A stretch of DNA of 17,845 nt from an uncultured Polyangiaceae bacterium (GTDB lineage Bacteria; Myxococcota_A; Polyangia; Polyangiales; Polyangiaceae), in the NCBI GenBank assembly GCA_964404725.1, contig CAYOLF010000060.1, forward strand, positions 1 through 17,845. Direction: 5' to 3'. Shown piece by piece: positions 1 to 11,417 of the stretch. Both the position numbers and the translations under genes were made by a program. The first letter of the stretch is position 1; every line of letters begins with the position of its first letter. The notes beneath the pieces are model-generated. The model made no database searches, was not told where the DNA came from, and saw nothing but the letters and a program-made list of their open reading frames with translations.

Positions 1-2962
<2,962 letters not shown>

Positions 2963-2970
2963 CGTCCCCC

Positions 2971-4794
2971 TCAGGCCCAGGCGGGCTCGCCCCGCACGCC
3001 GAGCTCGACCTTGAAGCGCTCGTCGACCTTCACCGGATCGGTCGGCACCGCCTCGAGCAGGAGCGTTCCGATCGCGGTCACCGAGGTCTCGAGGCGCACG
3101 GGCACCACGTCCCCCTCGGTGCGGCCCTCGGCGGGGAGCGTCACCTCGATGGGCGCGAGCTCCGCCAGCTCGTCGGGCTGCCAGCGCTCGAGCGCGGTCC
3201 CGACGCGATCGCCGCGCCGCACCGAGGACGAGAAGAACCGGAAGCGGACGGGCTCCCCCACCACGACGCAGAGCTCCTCGTCCACGCGCTCCGGCGGGCT
3301 GCCCTCCTCGACGCCGAACGGCGCCACGCAGAGCGCCGTGATGGGCACGTCCATCCCCGGCACCGCCGGCGTCGGGCTCTCGATGCCGACGTAGTAGGCG
3401 CGGGCGGTGCCGCCGCGGATCCGGAGCCCGCGGCCGCGGCGCACCAGCGCGAAATAGGCCGCGCCGCGCGCCACCGCGAGATCGGCGTCCTCGCCGGGCA
3501 GCACGCGCACCGGCGGCGCGCCGTCGGCCGCGAGCCAGCCGTTCAGGACCTCCAGGAGGCGCTCGCGGAACGACGGGGCCTTGGTCACGCCGCCGTTGAA
3601 GAGCAGGTGGGTCGGGCGGAGCAGCTTGCCCGCGGGGGCCCCGAGCGCCGCGGCGGCCGCGGCCTGCCGGGAGAGGAAGGCGGCGAGGTGCCGGGTGATG
3701 GCGGGATCCGCCGCGTAGGGGAGGCCGAGCTGCGCGAGGCCCGCGCGCGGGCGCACCGCCGGGCGGGCCGTCGCCTCCACGCGGGGGAAGAAGCCGTCGA
3801 CCAGCGCCGCCTCGACCTCGGCACGGGTGAGCTCCGAGCGACGGGAGCCCCCGAGCAGCTCCGCGCCGCGGCCCGGCACCACGACGGGCACCGCGCCGAG
3901 CTCGGCGCGCGCGAGGAGCTGCTCCTTCGCGCCGCGGCAGGCGTGGGTGAGGGCCGTGAGCTGCCAGCGATCGAGCTCGACACCGTCGGCGACGAGCTTC
4001 TGTCCGACGCGGTGCGCCAGCGCCAGATCCATGTTGTCGCCGCCGAGCAGGATGTGGTCCCCGACCGCGATCCGCCGGAGCTCCACGGCGCCGTCCTCCT
4101 CGCGGACGGCGATGGCGGAGAAGTCCGTGGTGCCGCCGCCCACGTCGATCACGAGGATGACGTCCCCGACGGTGAGGTGCTCGCGCCAGTCGGCGCCGTG
4201 GGCCGCGATCCAGGCGTAGAGTGCCGCCTGCGGCTCCTCGAGCAGGGTGACGTCCTCGAGCCCGGCGGCGTATGCGGCCTCGACGGTCAGATCGCGGGCG
4301 GCGGCGTCGAAGCTCGCCGGCACCGTGAGCACGATCTCCTGCTCGGCGAGCGGGGCGGCGGGGTGCTTCTCCGCCCAGGCCTCGGCGAGGTGGTCGAGGT
4401 AATGCCAGGTGGCCTGCACGGGCGAGATCTTCTCGACGTCGTCGGGCGCCCCCAGCGGCAGCACGTCCGCGCGGCGATCGATCCCCTGGTGCGACAGCCA
4501 GCTCTTGGCGCTCGTCACCACTCGCTCTGGCGCCTCGACGCCACGGCTCCGGGCATGCTCGCCGACGGCGAAGCGGCGCGTGCGGTCCCACGGCACCGCC
4601 AGCGCGCCCTCCGCCTCGTGCGCGAAGTACACGCAGGAGGGGAGCAGCGGCAGCTCGTCCACGGTGGTCGCGGTGACGAGCTGCGCGACGCGCTCGACGG
4701 TGACGGCCGCGGCCGGGTCGTCGGTGGGCGCGGCGGCCAGCGCCGTGTGCGTGGTGCCGAGATCGATCCCGGCGACGTACTGGGGAGCCGTCAC
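2971..4794 (-). CDS. Hsp70-family ATPase, lidless paralog (607 aa)
   Basis: Lies within track ORF 2971..4968-. I take the start as GTG 4794..4792, preceded by GGAGG with a 6-nt spacer; the 58 codons upstream are Arg-rich. Motifs: YVAGIDLGTTHTALA, VILVIDVGGGTTDFSAI, ILLGGDNMDLALA, LLFNGGVTKAP. It ends after a beta-rich region with no DnaK-type helical lid and no EEVD tail. Confidence 0.9.
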   Translation of the reverse strand: MTAPQYVAGIDLGTTHTALAAAPTDDPAAAVTVERVAQLVTATTVDELPLLPSCVYFAHEAEGALAVPWDRTRRFAVGEHARSRGVEAPERVVTSAKSWLSHQGIDRRADVLPLGAPDDVEKISPVQATWHYLDHLAEAWAEKHPAAPLAEQEIVLTVPASFDAAARDLTVEAAYAAGLEDVTLLEEPQAALYAWIAAHGADWREHLTVGDVILVIDVGGGTTDFSAIAVREEDGAVELRRIAVGDHILLGGDNMDLALAHRVGQKLVADGVELDRWQLTALTHACRGAKEQLLARAELGAVPVVVPGRGAELLGGSRRSELTRAEVEAALVDGFFPRVEATARPAVRPRAGLAQLGLPYAADPAITRHLAAFLSRQAAAAAALGAPAGKLLRPTHLLFNGGVTKAPSFRERLLEVLNGWLAADGAPPVRVLPGEDADLAVARGAAYFALVRRGRGLRIRGGTARAYYVGIESPTPAVPGMDVPITALCVAPFGVEEGSPPERVDEELCVVVGEPVRFRFFSSSVRRGDRVGTALERWQPDELAELAPIEVTLPAEGRTEGDVVPVRLETSVTAIGTLLLEAVPTDPVKVDERFKVELGVRGEPAWA

Positions 4795-4861
4795 CGTCCG
4801 CCTCCGCGCTGGGGTTGGCGATTCAAGTGGGCGCCGCGCCCGGTCGCGGTGCGCGCGCGGC

Positions 4862-5428
4862 TCACAGCTCGACCTCCGCCGGCGCGAGGATCGTCGCGTC
4901 GCCGTCCCCCACGGGCCGCGGCAGCGAGACGCGCGTGGCGCGCCAGCCGCGGTGCCGGAGCACGCCACGGTACGGCGCCGAGCCCTTGACGGCGCCCGTG
5001 AGCTTGGCGCTCGCGGGGTCGAAGCCGGCCTCCAGGGTCACGGGCTCCCCCTCCGGCTCCGTCCGGATCGGCGCGAACTCGAGGTGGCCGCGCAGGGCTC
5101 GGCGGCAACCCTCGTGGATCACCCGGGCGGCGGCGCCGACGTCCGGGTCGCTGAACGCCGTGATGTCCTGCTGCAGGAAGTCCACGAGCCGCCCCTCGCG
5201 CTGGAGCAGGCCCAGGAGGACCAGCGCGGAGGTGGGATCGGGGGCGTCGGGGAGGGGCGCGGCGGCGGGCGGCGGCGGGAGGGGCTCGGCGGCAGCGGGC
5301 GCGGCGCCAGCGGGCGCGGCGGCGCGAGCGGCCAGGACGCGCGCCGCGAAGGCACCGTCGAGGAGGATGCGCAGCCACGCGACCCAGGCGAGCCAGAGGC
5401 GGGTGAGGAGGGGCACGGGCTCGGTCAC
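4862..5428 (-). CDS. DUF2760-like protein with a single N-terminal transmembrane helix (188 aa)
   Basis: Last 188 codons of track ORF 4862..6349-, starting at GTG 5428..5426. The N-terminal hydrophobic helix is LLTRLWLAWVAWLRILL, followed by a Pro/Ala linker. Then comes LLGLLQREGRLVDFLQQDITAFSDPDVGAAARVIHEGCRRAL...GVLRHRGW, which I recognise as the DUF2760 signature. The remaining upstream part of that ORF is Ser/Thr/Arg-rich antisense of the SDR gene. Confidence 0.75.
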   Translation of the reverse strand: MTEPVPLLTRLWLAWVAWLRILLDGAFAARVLAARAAAPAGAAPAAAEPLPPPPAAAPLPDAPDPTSALVLLGLLQREGRLVDFLQQDITAFSDPDVGAAARVIHEGCRRALRGHLEFAPIRTEPEGEPVTLEAGFDPASAKLTGAVKGSAPYRGVLRHRGWRATRVSLPRPVGDGDATILAPAEVEL

Positions 5429-5435
5429 GGTCGCG

Positions 5436-5463
5436 AGTCTACGCGGGCAGGGGGGACCGGCAA
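5436..5463 (-). promoter_or_regulatory. Candidate sigma70-like promoter for the DUF2760/Hsp70 operon; may give a leaderless or very short-leader mRNA
   Basis: The minus strand reads TTGCCG, 16 nt, TAGACT, 7 nt, then GTG (the DUF2760 start). No Shine-Dalgarno sequence precedes that GTG, which fits a transcript starting at or near the start codon. Hexamer matches are only 4/6 each. Confidence 0.25.
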
Positions 5464-5570
5464 GGCGTGTCGGGCGGCCGTCGCGCGGCGCCGCGGCGGT
5501 GGGTGGCGCGGCGGCGACGGTCGGCGCGGGGCCATGGATCACTGGCGCTCTTGGCGGTAGAAGGGTCGCC

Positions 5571-6419
5571 GTGACCGCGAAACTCGGACCGCACGGGGAG
5601 CGCCCGGTCGCTCTCATCACGGGCGGGGCGCAGGGGCTCGGGCGGGCCACGGCCGAGCGGCTCCTCGATGACGGCTGGAACGTCGTGCTGGTGGATCTCG
5701 ATCGCGACGCGGGGCTCGAGACCACCGAGGAGCTGGGGCTCTCGGTCGAGCTGAACCGGGATCCCGCCGCGCCCACCGAGGGTCGGGGCGGGGCGCGCGT
5801 GTCGTTCGTGCACGCCGACGTCGGGGTCGAGGCGGATGTCGTGCGCGCGATCGAGCACACCCTCACCGAGCACGCTCGGCTCGACGGGCTGGTCTGCAAC
5901 GCGGGCGTGAGCCGCTTCGAGCCGCTCGACCGCCTCTCGCTCGAGGACTGGAACTCGATCCTCGGCACCAACCTCACCGGGGCGTTCCTCTTCGCCAAGC
6001 ACGCGGCGCCCCACCTCCGGCAGGCGCGGGGGGCGATCGTCACCATCGCCTCGACGCGGGCGCTCATGTCGGAGCCGCACGGCGAGGCGTATGCGGCCTC
6101 CAAGGGGGGCCTGGTGGCGCTCACCCACGCGCTCGCGGTGAGCCTCGGGCCCGAGGTGCGCGCCAACTGCCTCAGCCCCGGGTGGATCGACGTGTCGCTG
6201 CTGAAAAAATCGAGCGAGCGCGCCCCGCAGCCGCTCTCCGTCGAGGACCACGCGCAGCACCCGGTCGGACGGGTCGGGCGCCCCGAGGACGTGGCGGCGG
6301 CGGTGGCCTGGCTGCTCGGCGACGACTCCGCGTTCGTGACCGGCGCCAACCTCGTGATCGACGGCGGGATGACGCGCCGGATGATCTACGCGCCGAGCGC
6401 GGAGGAGATCTCGGTGTAG
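5571..6419 (+). CDS. Short-chain dehydrogenase/reductase (SDR) family oxidoreductase (282 aa)
   Basis: C-terminal part of track ORF 4815..6419+, with the start taken as GTG 5571. Motifs: ALITGGAQGLGRA (TGxxxGxG), NAG, catalytic Ser in IASTRA, and YAASKGG (YxxxK). A Gly/Pro/Ala-rich loop of about 20 aa is inserted after the second beta strand. Confidence 0.85.
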   Translation: MTAKLGPHGERPVALITGGAQGLGRATAERLLDDGWNVVLVDLDRDAGLETTEELGLSVELNRDPAAPTEGRGGARVSFVHADVGVEADVVRAIEHTLTEHARLDGLVCNAGVSRFEPLDRLSLEDWNSILGTNLTGAFLFAKHAAPHLRQARGAIVTIASTRALMSEPHGEAYAASKGGLVALTHALAVSLGPEVRANCLSPGWIDVSLLKKSSERAPQPLSVEDHAQHPVGRVGRPEDVAAAVAWLLGDDSAFVTGANLVIDGGMTRRMIYAPSAEEISV

Positions 6420-6450
6420 GCTTCGGCCGTCCCCACCCCGGAGCCCCGCC

Positions 6451-8202
6451 TTGCGCCGCCTCGCGTCGCCGTTCGCACCTCGACCCACGATCCCGATCCG
6501 CGCCGGCGGCGCCCCCGTCCGCCGGCGTGCCCCCGCGGCGACCGCGCTGCTCGCGGCGTCCGTCGTCGCGGCCGCCTGCTCGCCGCACGGCGGCGTCCCG
6601 GCGGTGGATCTGGCCGCCTTCCCGCAGCCGCTGCCGGTCCCGCGCGTGGTGGAAGGCAAGCTCGTCGACGGGCTCGGCGCGCCGCTCACGCTGCGCGGTA
6701 TCGCCTTCACGAACCGGGTCTGGCAGGACGACCCGCTCCCGGACGAGCACCACGCCGAGGTCGACTTTCAGCGCGTCGCCGAGCTCGGCCTCAACTCGGT
6801 GCGGTTCTACGTCCACCAGCGGACGCTCGAGGACGGCCTCGAGCCCGGTCAGTACCGAGCCGAGGGGTTCGCGTGGCTCGACCGGAACCTCGCCTGGGCG
6901 CGGGCCCGCGGCGTCTACCTCGTCCTCGGCCTGTACGTCCCGCCGCACGGGTACCCGTCGATCGGGGACGGCGCGGCGCTCTGGTCCGACGTCGATATCC
7001 AGCGCCGCTTCGTCGAGTTGTGGCGGGCGATCGCCGCGCGGTACCGCGGCGAGCCCGCGATCGCGGGCTACCACCTGCTGAGCGGACCTGTGCCCCCCGA
7101 CGATCTCGGGCGGTGGCGGGACCTGGCCGAGCGGGTCATCGGCGGGATCCGCACGGTCGATCCGGGGCACGCGATCTTCGTCGAGCGCCTGGGCTCTGTT
7201 GACGGGGCTCGCGACCCCGACGGCGAGCCCCCGCTGGTCTCCGACCCGAACGTCGTCTACTCGTTCCCGTTCTACGAGCCGGTGCCGTTCACCCACCAGG
7301 GCGCGCCCTGGGTGGACTCGGTCGCCACCGACCAGCGCTACCCGGATCCGACCAAGCTCGGCGTGCGTTCGGTCCACCTCGAGCCCGCGGCGAGCACCGA
7401 CGCGAGCCCCAAGCTCCCCGTCGGCGACAGCGACTGGGCCTTCTACGAGGGCGCGCCCTACCGCGTCGAGGAGCCGACCGTGGCGGTAGGCGGCGTCGCG
7501 CTGGTCGCGAGCGACAACACGGGCAAGGCGTACTTCGACGATCTCGTGATCGAGGAGCTCGACCCGGAGGGGGAGGTCACCCGGCAGATCGCGCGCATCG
7601 ACCTCGATCGGAAGGCGGGCTGGCATTTCTACACCAAGGATCGGAGCGGGCAGCGCACCGAGGAGCCGGCGGGACACGGGGATGACGGGAGCCTCGCGAT
7701 CGGCGGGACTCGCTCGCTGGCCACGGCCTCGGCGGAGATCTGGCGGTTCGCGGTGCGGCCCGGCGCCACCTACCGCGCGAGTGGGTGGATGAAGGGCGAG
7801 GGGATCCCGGACGGCGCCACCTGTCAGATCCGCCTCGAGCTGTTCCGCTCCAAGGTCCCCGTCCTGCCCCGGGATCGCGCGTTCCTCACCCGGGAGCTCG
7901 ACGCCCAGGTGGCCTTCGGCCGCGAGCACGGCGTGCCGCTCTACCTCGGGGAGTTCGGCGCCATCCGCGGGAGCTTCGACCACGATCGCGGCGGCGAGCG
8001 CTGGGTCGCGGACCTGCTCGACCTCGCCGCCGAGCGCGAGCTCCACTTCGCGTACCACGAGTACCACGAGGACTCCTTCGGCCTCTACGCCGGCGAGGAG
8101 CTGCTCCCGTCGCCGTTCGCGGTGAACGCCGCGCTGCAGGGGCTGTTCGAGGAGCGCTTCGCCCTGCCGGCGGCGCCGGCGGCGCCGGTCGCTTCGCCGT
8201 GA
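6451..8202 (+). CDS. GH5 (cellulase-superfamily)-like putative lipoprotein with substituted catalytic positions and an internal insertion
   Basis: TTG start at 6451 with GGAG 7 nt upstream. The signal region is RRRAPAATALLAASVVAAAC, ending in a Cys (lipobox-like). GH5-like blocks: LRGIAFTN, GLNSVRFYV, GVYLVLGLY, FVELWRAIAARYRGEPAIAGYHLLSGP, VVYSFPFYEPVPFTHQGAPW, VPLYLGEFG. Confidence 0.8.
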   Translation: MRRLASPFAPRPTIPIRAGGAPVRRRAPAATALLAASVVAAACSPHGGVPAVDLAAFPQPLPVPRVVEGKLVDGLGAPLTLRGIAFTNRVWQDDPLPDEHHAEVDFQRVAELGLNSVRFYVHQRTLEDGLEPGQYRAEGFAWLDRNLAWARARGVYLVLGLYVPPHGYPSIGDGAALWSDVDIQRRFVELWRAIAARYRGEPAIAGYHLLSGPVPPDDLGRWRDLAERVIGGIRTVDPGHAIFVERLGSVDGARDPDGEPPLVSDPNVVYSFPFYEPVPFTHQGAPWVDSVATDQRYPDPTKLGVRSVHLEPAASTDASPKLPVGDSDWAFYEGAPYRVEEPTVAVGGVALVASDNTGKAYFDDLVIEELDPEGEVTRQIARIDLDRKAGWHFYTKDRSGQRTEEPAGHGDDGSLAIGGTRSLATASAEIWRFAVRPGATYRASGWMKGEGIPDGATCQIRLELFRSKVPVLPRDRAFLTRELDAQVAFGREHGVPLYLGEFGAIRGSFDHDRGGERWVADLLDLAAERELHFAYHEYHEDSFGLYAGEELLPSPFAVNAALQGLFEERFALPAAPAAPVASP

Positions 8203-8267
8203 CGCTGGCGTGAGGCCGATCGGCCCCGTCCCGTCGGGCCGCCCCGCGGGCGACGCCTCGCCGTCAC

Positions 8268-9842
8268 TCAGTCGTACGGACTCTCCTCTTCCGGCGGGGG
8301 GGGCGGGGTCTCGGGCTCGGGTCGAGCCCAGTCGGGCTTCACGATCTTGCCGTCGATCTCCCTCGGGAGCCACTCGGGGGGCGGATCCTTGCCACTCTCC
8401 GCGGAGGGCATCGTCGCCGCCGCGGAGGCGTTCGCGGAGGGTGCCGTAGTGCTCTCCGGCGGGGGCTCCGCGGACGCCGCCGGGGTCGCGCTCGGTTCAG
8501 CGCTCGGCGCGGCGGTCGCCGTCGCGTCGTCCTTGCGCCGCGGCTCGACGTTGCCTGGCACCGCGGCTCGCACCTCGGGCGCGGCGACGGTCGGCAGGGG
8601 ACGGGTCCGGTCGCGGAGGCTGTATACCGTCAGGCCACCGAGCAGGCCGATGACGGTCGCGCTCGCCGCGACGACGAACCGGACACCCCAGCCTCGCCGT
8701 GGGGCCTCGGCTGGCGCCGAGAACTGGCTGACGGTGGCGGTCTCGCTGCGAGCGCGCGGACGTTCGCCGCGCGGGAAGTCCGGGACCGTGGGGCCCGCCT
8801 CGTCGCTGACCGCCGGGCTCGCGCCCGCCGCGCTCGCCAGGATCGTGGGGGCGGTGGAGGCGTCCCGGCGGCGCGCAGCGCTAGGCGGCGGGTCCGTGGC
8901 GTACGGGCGACGCGCCCTCAGGGCGGCGGGCAGCTCCTCTCCGGGCTCCGGCACTGTCACCACCGTGTCGGCGCTGTCGGTCCCGAGGTCGAGCGCCTCC
9001 CGGAGCGACTCCACCACCTCGCGGGCGCTGGCGAGCCGCGCGCCGGGGTCCCGCGTCATGATGCGGGCGAACCAGGCGTCGAAGCCCAGCGGGACCGGAG
9101 CGAACTGCGACGGCAATGGCAGCGGGTGCACGGTGATCTGGAGCACCAGATCGCCGAGGCCATCGCTCACGAACGGGCGCCGACCGGTGATCATCTCGAA
9201 GGCGATGACCCCCAGCGACCAGAGATCGGAGCGATGATCGACCTCCTTGTTGCCGAGGACCTGCTCGGGGCTCATGTAAAACGGGGTACCGAGGAGCGAG
9301 CCCGTGCGCGTGGCCGTGCTCTGGACGCCGAGCTTGTTCGCGTCGAGCTTGGCAACCCCGAAGTCGAGGACCTTCGCGATCTCCTCGTCGTCGTTCCGGA
9401 TCAGGAACACGTTCTCCGGCTTCAGGTCGCGGTGCACTACCCCGGCGTCGTGGGCGCGCCCGATCGCGCGGGCGACGTGGCCGAGGATGCGCAACGCCTC
9501 GGTCGGCTCGAGCCGCCCCAGGCGCTTGATCCGGTGGGCGAGCGTCTCCCCCTCGAGCAGCTCCATTGCGATGAACGGCTGCCCGTCGTCGACCCCGTAG
9601 TCGAGGATCTGGACGACGTGCGGGCTGCGTAAGCTGGCCGCCGCCTTCGCCTCACGCAGGAAGCGCTCGACGGCGATCTCGTCCTCGGCGATCTCGGGAT
9701 CGATGAGCTTGACGGCGACCGGCGCCTCGAGCACGAGGTGCTGCGCTCTCCAGACGGTCCCGAAGCCACCTGTGCCGAGCACTGCTTCGAGGCGAAAGCG
9801 CCCGGCGAGTACGCGGCCGGGCTCGATGGCGTCTTTGGGCAT
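8268..9842 (-). CDS. Hanks-type Ser/Thr protein kinase with one transmembrane helix and a low-complexity C-terminal tail predicted to lie outside the cytoplasm (524 aa)
   Basis: Start taken as ATG 9842..9840 (M28 of track ORF 8268..9923-). Motifs: LGTGGFGTVW, VAVKL, VVHRDLKPENVFL, DFGVAK, GTPFYMSPEQ. The TM helix is VRFVVAASATVIGLLGGLTVY. The tail is rich in Ala/Pro/Ser/Glu. Confidence 0.9.
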   Translation of the reverse strand: MPKDAIEPGRVLAGRFRLEAVLGTGGFGTVWRAQHLVLEAPVAVKLIDPEIAEDEIAVERFLREAKAAASLRSPHVVQILDYGVDDGQPFIAMELLEGETLAHRIKRLGRLEPTEALRILGHVARAIGRAHDAGVVHRDLKPENVFLIRNDDEEIAKVLDFGVAKLDANKLGVQSTATRTGSLLGTPFYMSPEQVLGNKEVDHRSDLWSLGVIAFEMITGRRPFVSDGLGDLVLQITVHPLPLPSQFAPVPLGFDAWFARIMTRDPGARLASAREVVESLREALDLGTDSADTVVTVPEPGEELPAALRARRPYATDPPPSAARRRDASTAPTILASAAGASPAVSDEAGPTVPDFPRGERPRARSETATVSQFSAPAEAPRRGWGVRFVVAASATVIGLLGGLTVYSLRDRTRPLPTVAAPEVRAAVPGNVEPRRKDDATATAAPSAEPSATPAASAEPPPESTTAPSANASAAATMPSAESGKDPPPEWLPREIDGKIVKPDWARPEPETPPPPPEEESPYD

Positions 9843-9992
9843 GAGGGCGCTCGGACGACGATAGCGCCGGCGCCGCGAGGATGCAGCAGCGGCCGCCCGG
9901 GGCCGCCCAGGACCGACGCGCACGCCGGGGCCGGCCGTTCGACCGTCGGTGGCGGCGCGGAGCTGCTCGCGGCCCGGGTGCCGTCGCGGGGC

Positions 9993-10466
9993 TCAGGCGA
10001 AGGCGCGCAGGATCTCCTGCTGGAGGCTCTCGAGCTCGCCGTGGGCGGCGCCGACCTCGCGCACCTTGGCGGCGAGCTGGTCGATGAGGCGCTTCTTCTC
10101 GATCCCGTTGCGGACGACGAGGTGAAGATCGTCGTTGTTCCAGGGCTTCTCGAGGTACTGATAGAGCCCGACCTCGTTGATGGCCTGGATGGCGTTCTCC
10201 TTGTCGGCGTAGCCGGTGAGCAGAACCCGGGGCACCTCGGGCCGGAGCGCCCGGACGCGGGCCAAGAAGGCGATCCCGTCCATTTCCGCCATCAAGAAGT
10301 CCGAGATGACGACGTCGGCGTCCTCGGTCGCGAAAAACTCGAGCGCGGCGCGCGCGGAGGTGAAGGTGACGACCCGCCAGTCCGTCTCGAGGCCGAAATA
10401 GGTCGTGAGACTCTCGAGGACCATCTCCTCGTCGTCCACGATCACGACGGTGGCCTGTGCTTCCAT
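9993..10466 (-). CDS. Single-domain response regulator (CheY-like receiver) with a short C-terminal coiled-coil-like tail (157 aa)
   Basis: Start taken as ATG 10466..10464. Motifs: VVIVDDEE (acidic pair), VVISDFLMAEMDG (phospho-acceptor Asp), LLTGY, YLEKPW (conserved Lys). No output domain is present. Confidence 0.9.
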   Translation of the reverse strand: MEAQATVVIVDDEEMVLESLTTYFGLETDWRVVTFTSARAALEFFATEDADVVISDFLMAEMDGIAFLARVRALRPEVPRVLLTGYADKENAIQAINEVGLYQYLEKPWNNDDLHLVVRNGIEKKRLIDQLAAKVREVGAAHGELESLQQEILRAFA

Positions 10467-10526
10467 CGCGGACCCGCCCAGGCTACCCGCCGGCTCGGGC
10501 GCGGGCAAGCGCCTCGCCGACGAGCC

Positions 10527-11417
10527 TCAGCGCCCGCGCGCGCGCCGGCGGTTCAGCCCGATCACGGTCAGGGGCTCCGGGGAAAGGGAGAAGACCGTCT
10601 GCTCGCCGAGGCCGAGATCGACCCGCTTGTAGGGGCCGTCGAGGAACATGCAGGCCTCGAGCATCTTGCTCTTGACCACGATGCGTCCGGGCGGGTCCAC
10701 CACTGACCGCAGCAGCTCGAAGCGCTCCCCGGGCGCCGCGTAGGGCTCGCGGACCACGAGCTGCAGGGCGCGGGAGGTCAGCGGCAGCACTCGCCCGCCC
10801 GCCGACCGCTGCGCGGCGGTCGAGCCGGCGCCGGTGCCCACCCAGAACCCGCTCGACCGGTGCTCCTCGCTTCTCCGGCCGATCCGCACGATGTAGCGCG
10901 AGGTCGCCGCGGGCGAGACATGACAGTAGAGCGCCTCGTTCAGGACGCGCCGCGACCGGACCCGGCCGTCCACGGTCACCTGCATCCGCTCGAGCCGCAG
11001 CGACGGCGCGCGGCCGGCGAGGGCCGCCGGCACCAGCGCGGCGACGTTCCCCGCGTGACCCGCGCAATAGAAGCCCACGCTCGAGCGCGGCGCGCTGTTG
11101 ACCCCAAGGACGGGGACGGGCCCGACGTCGTGCGACGCCGCGAGCAGGGTGCCGTCGCCGCCGATGGTGATCACCAGGTCCGCGTCCGTGGTGTCGAAGG
11201 CGACATGGGGGTTCTCGATGACGGCGACGTGGACACCGTCGGCGTCGAGCACGCGCATCACCTCGTCCACCGTGCGCGAGTGCTCGGCGTGGGTGCGTCG
11301 CCAGCGCTTGACCACGGGGTCGTGCTGCTCGAGCAGGAGCTGCACGCGCGGGTGCTGGGCGTCCTCGACGAAGCGGGCGATGTTGGTCCGCTTGGCGACC
11401 ACGACCACCCGGGTCAT
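10527..11417 (-). CDS. nadK: NAD(+) kinase family protein, divergent (296 aa)
   Basis: Motifs: DLVITIGGDGTLL (GGDGT), GVNSAPRSSVGF, LNEAL, and WVGTGAGSTAAQRSAGG, a variant of the STPTGSTAY..SAGGP motif. Its ATG at 11417..11415 overlaps the upstream gene's stop codon as ATGA. Confidence 0.8.
   Translation of the reverse strand: MTRVVVVAKRTNIARFVEDAQHPRVQLLLEQHDPVVKRWRRTHAEHSRTVDEVMRVLDADGVHVAVIENPHVAFDTTDADLVITIGGDGTLLAASHDVGPVPVLGVNSAPRSSVGFYCAGHAGNVAALVPAALAGRAPSLRLERMQVTVDGRVRSRRVLNEALYCHVSPAATSRYIVRIGRRSEEHRSSGFWVGTGAGSTAAQRSAGGRVLPLTSRALQLVVREPYAAPGERFELLRSVVDPPGRIVVKSKMLEACMFLDGPYKRVDLGLGEQTVFSLSPEPLTVIGLNRRRARGR

Noticed and set aside
4815-5570. N-terminal 252 codons of track ORF 4815..6419+, and likewise 5429..6349 of ORF 4862..6349-
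   Set aside because: These upstream extensions are low-complexity and overlap the real genes on the opposite strand. The SDR Rossmann motif begins right after GTG 5571, and the DUF2760 TM helix begins right after GTG 5428.
8203-8267. Terminator between the convergent GH5-like and kinase genes: the GGCCGATCGGCC palindrome at 8214-8225 and a 6-bp stem at 8221-8241
   Set aside because: The stems are short (4-6 bp), there is no U-tract, and such GC palindromes are expected by chance at this GC content. This is not enough to call an intrinsic terminator.
6172-8373. 733-aa minus-strand ORF, plus the 5439..6710- and 622..1572- ORFs
   Set aside because: These are antisense to, or off-frame with, the GH5-like, SDR and Hsp70 genes. 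Their composition is Arg/Pro/Gly-dominated and they have no domain signatures.
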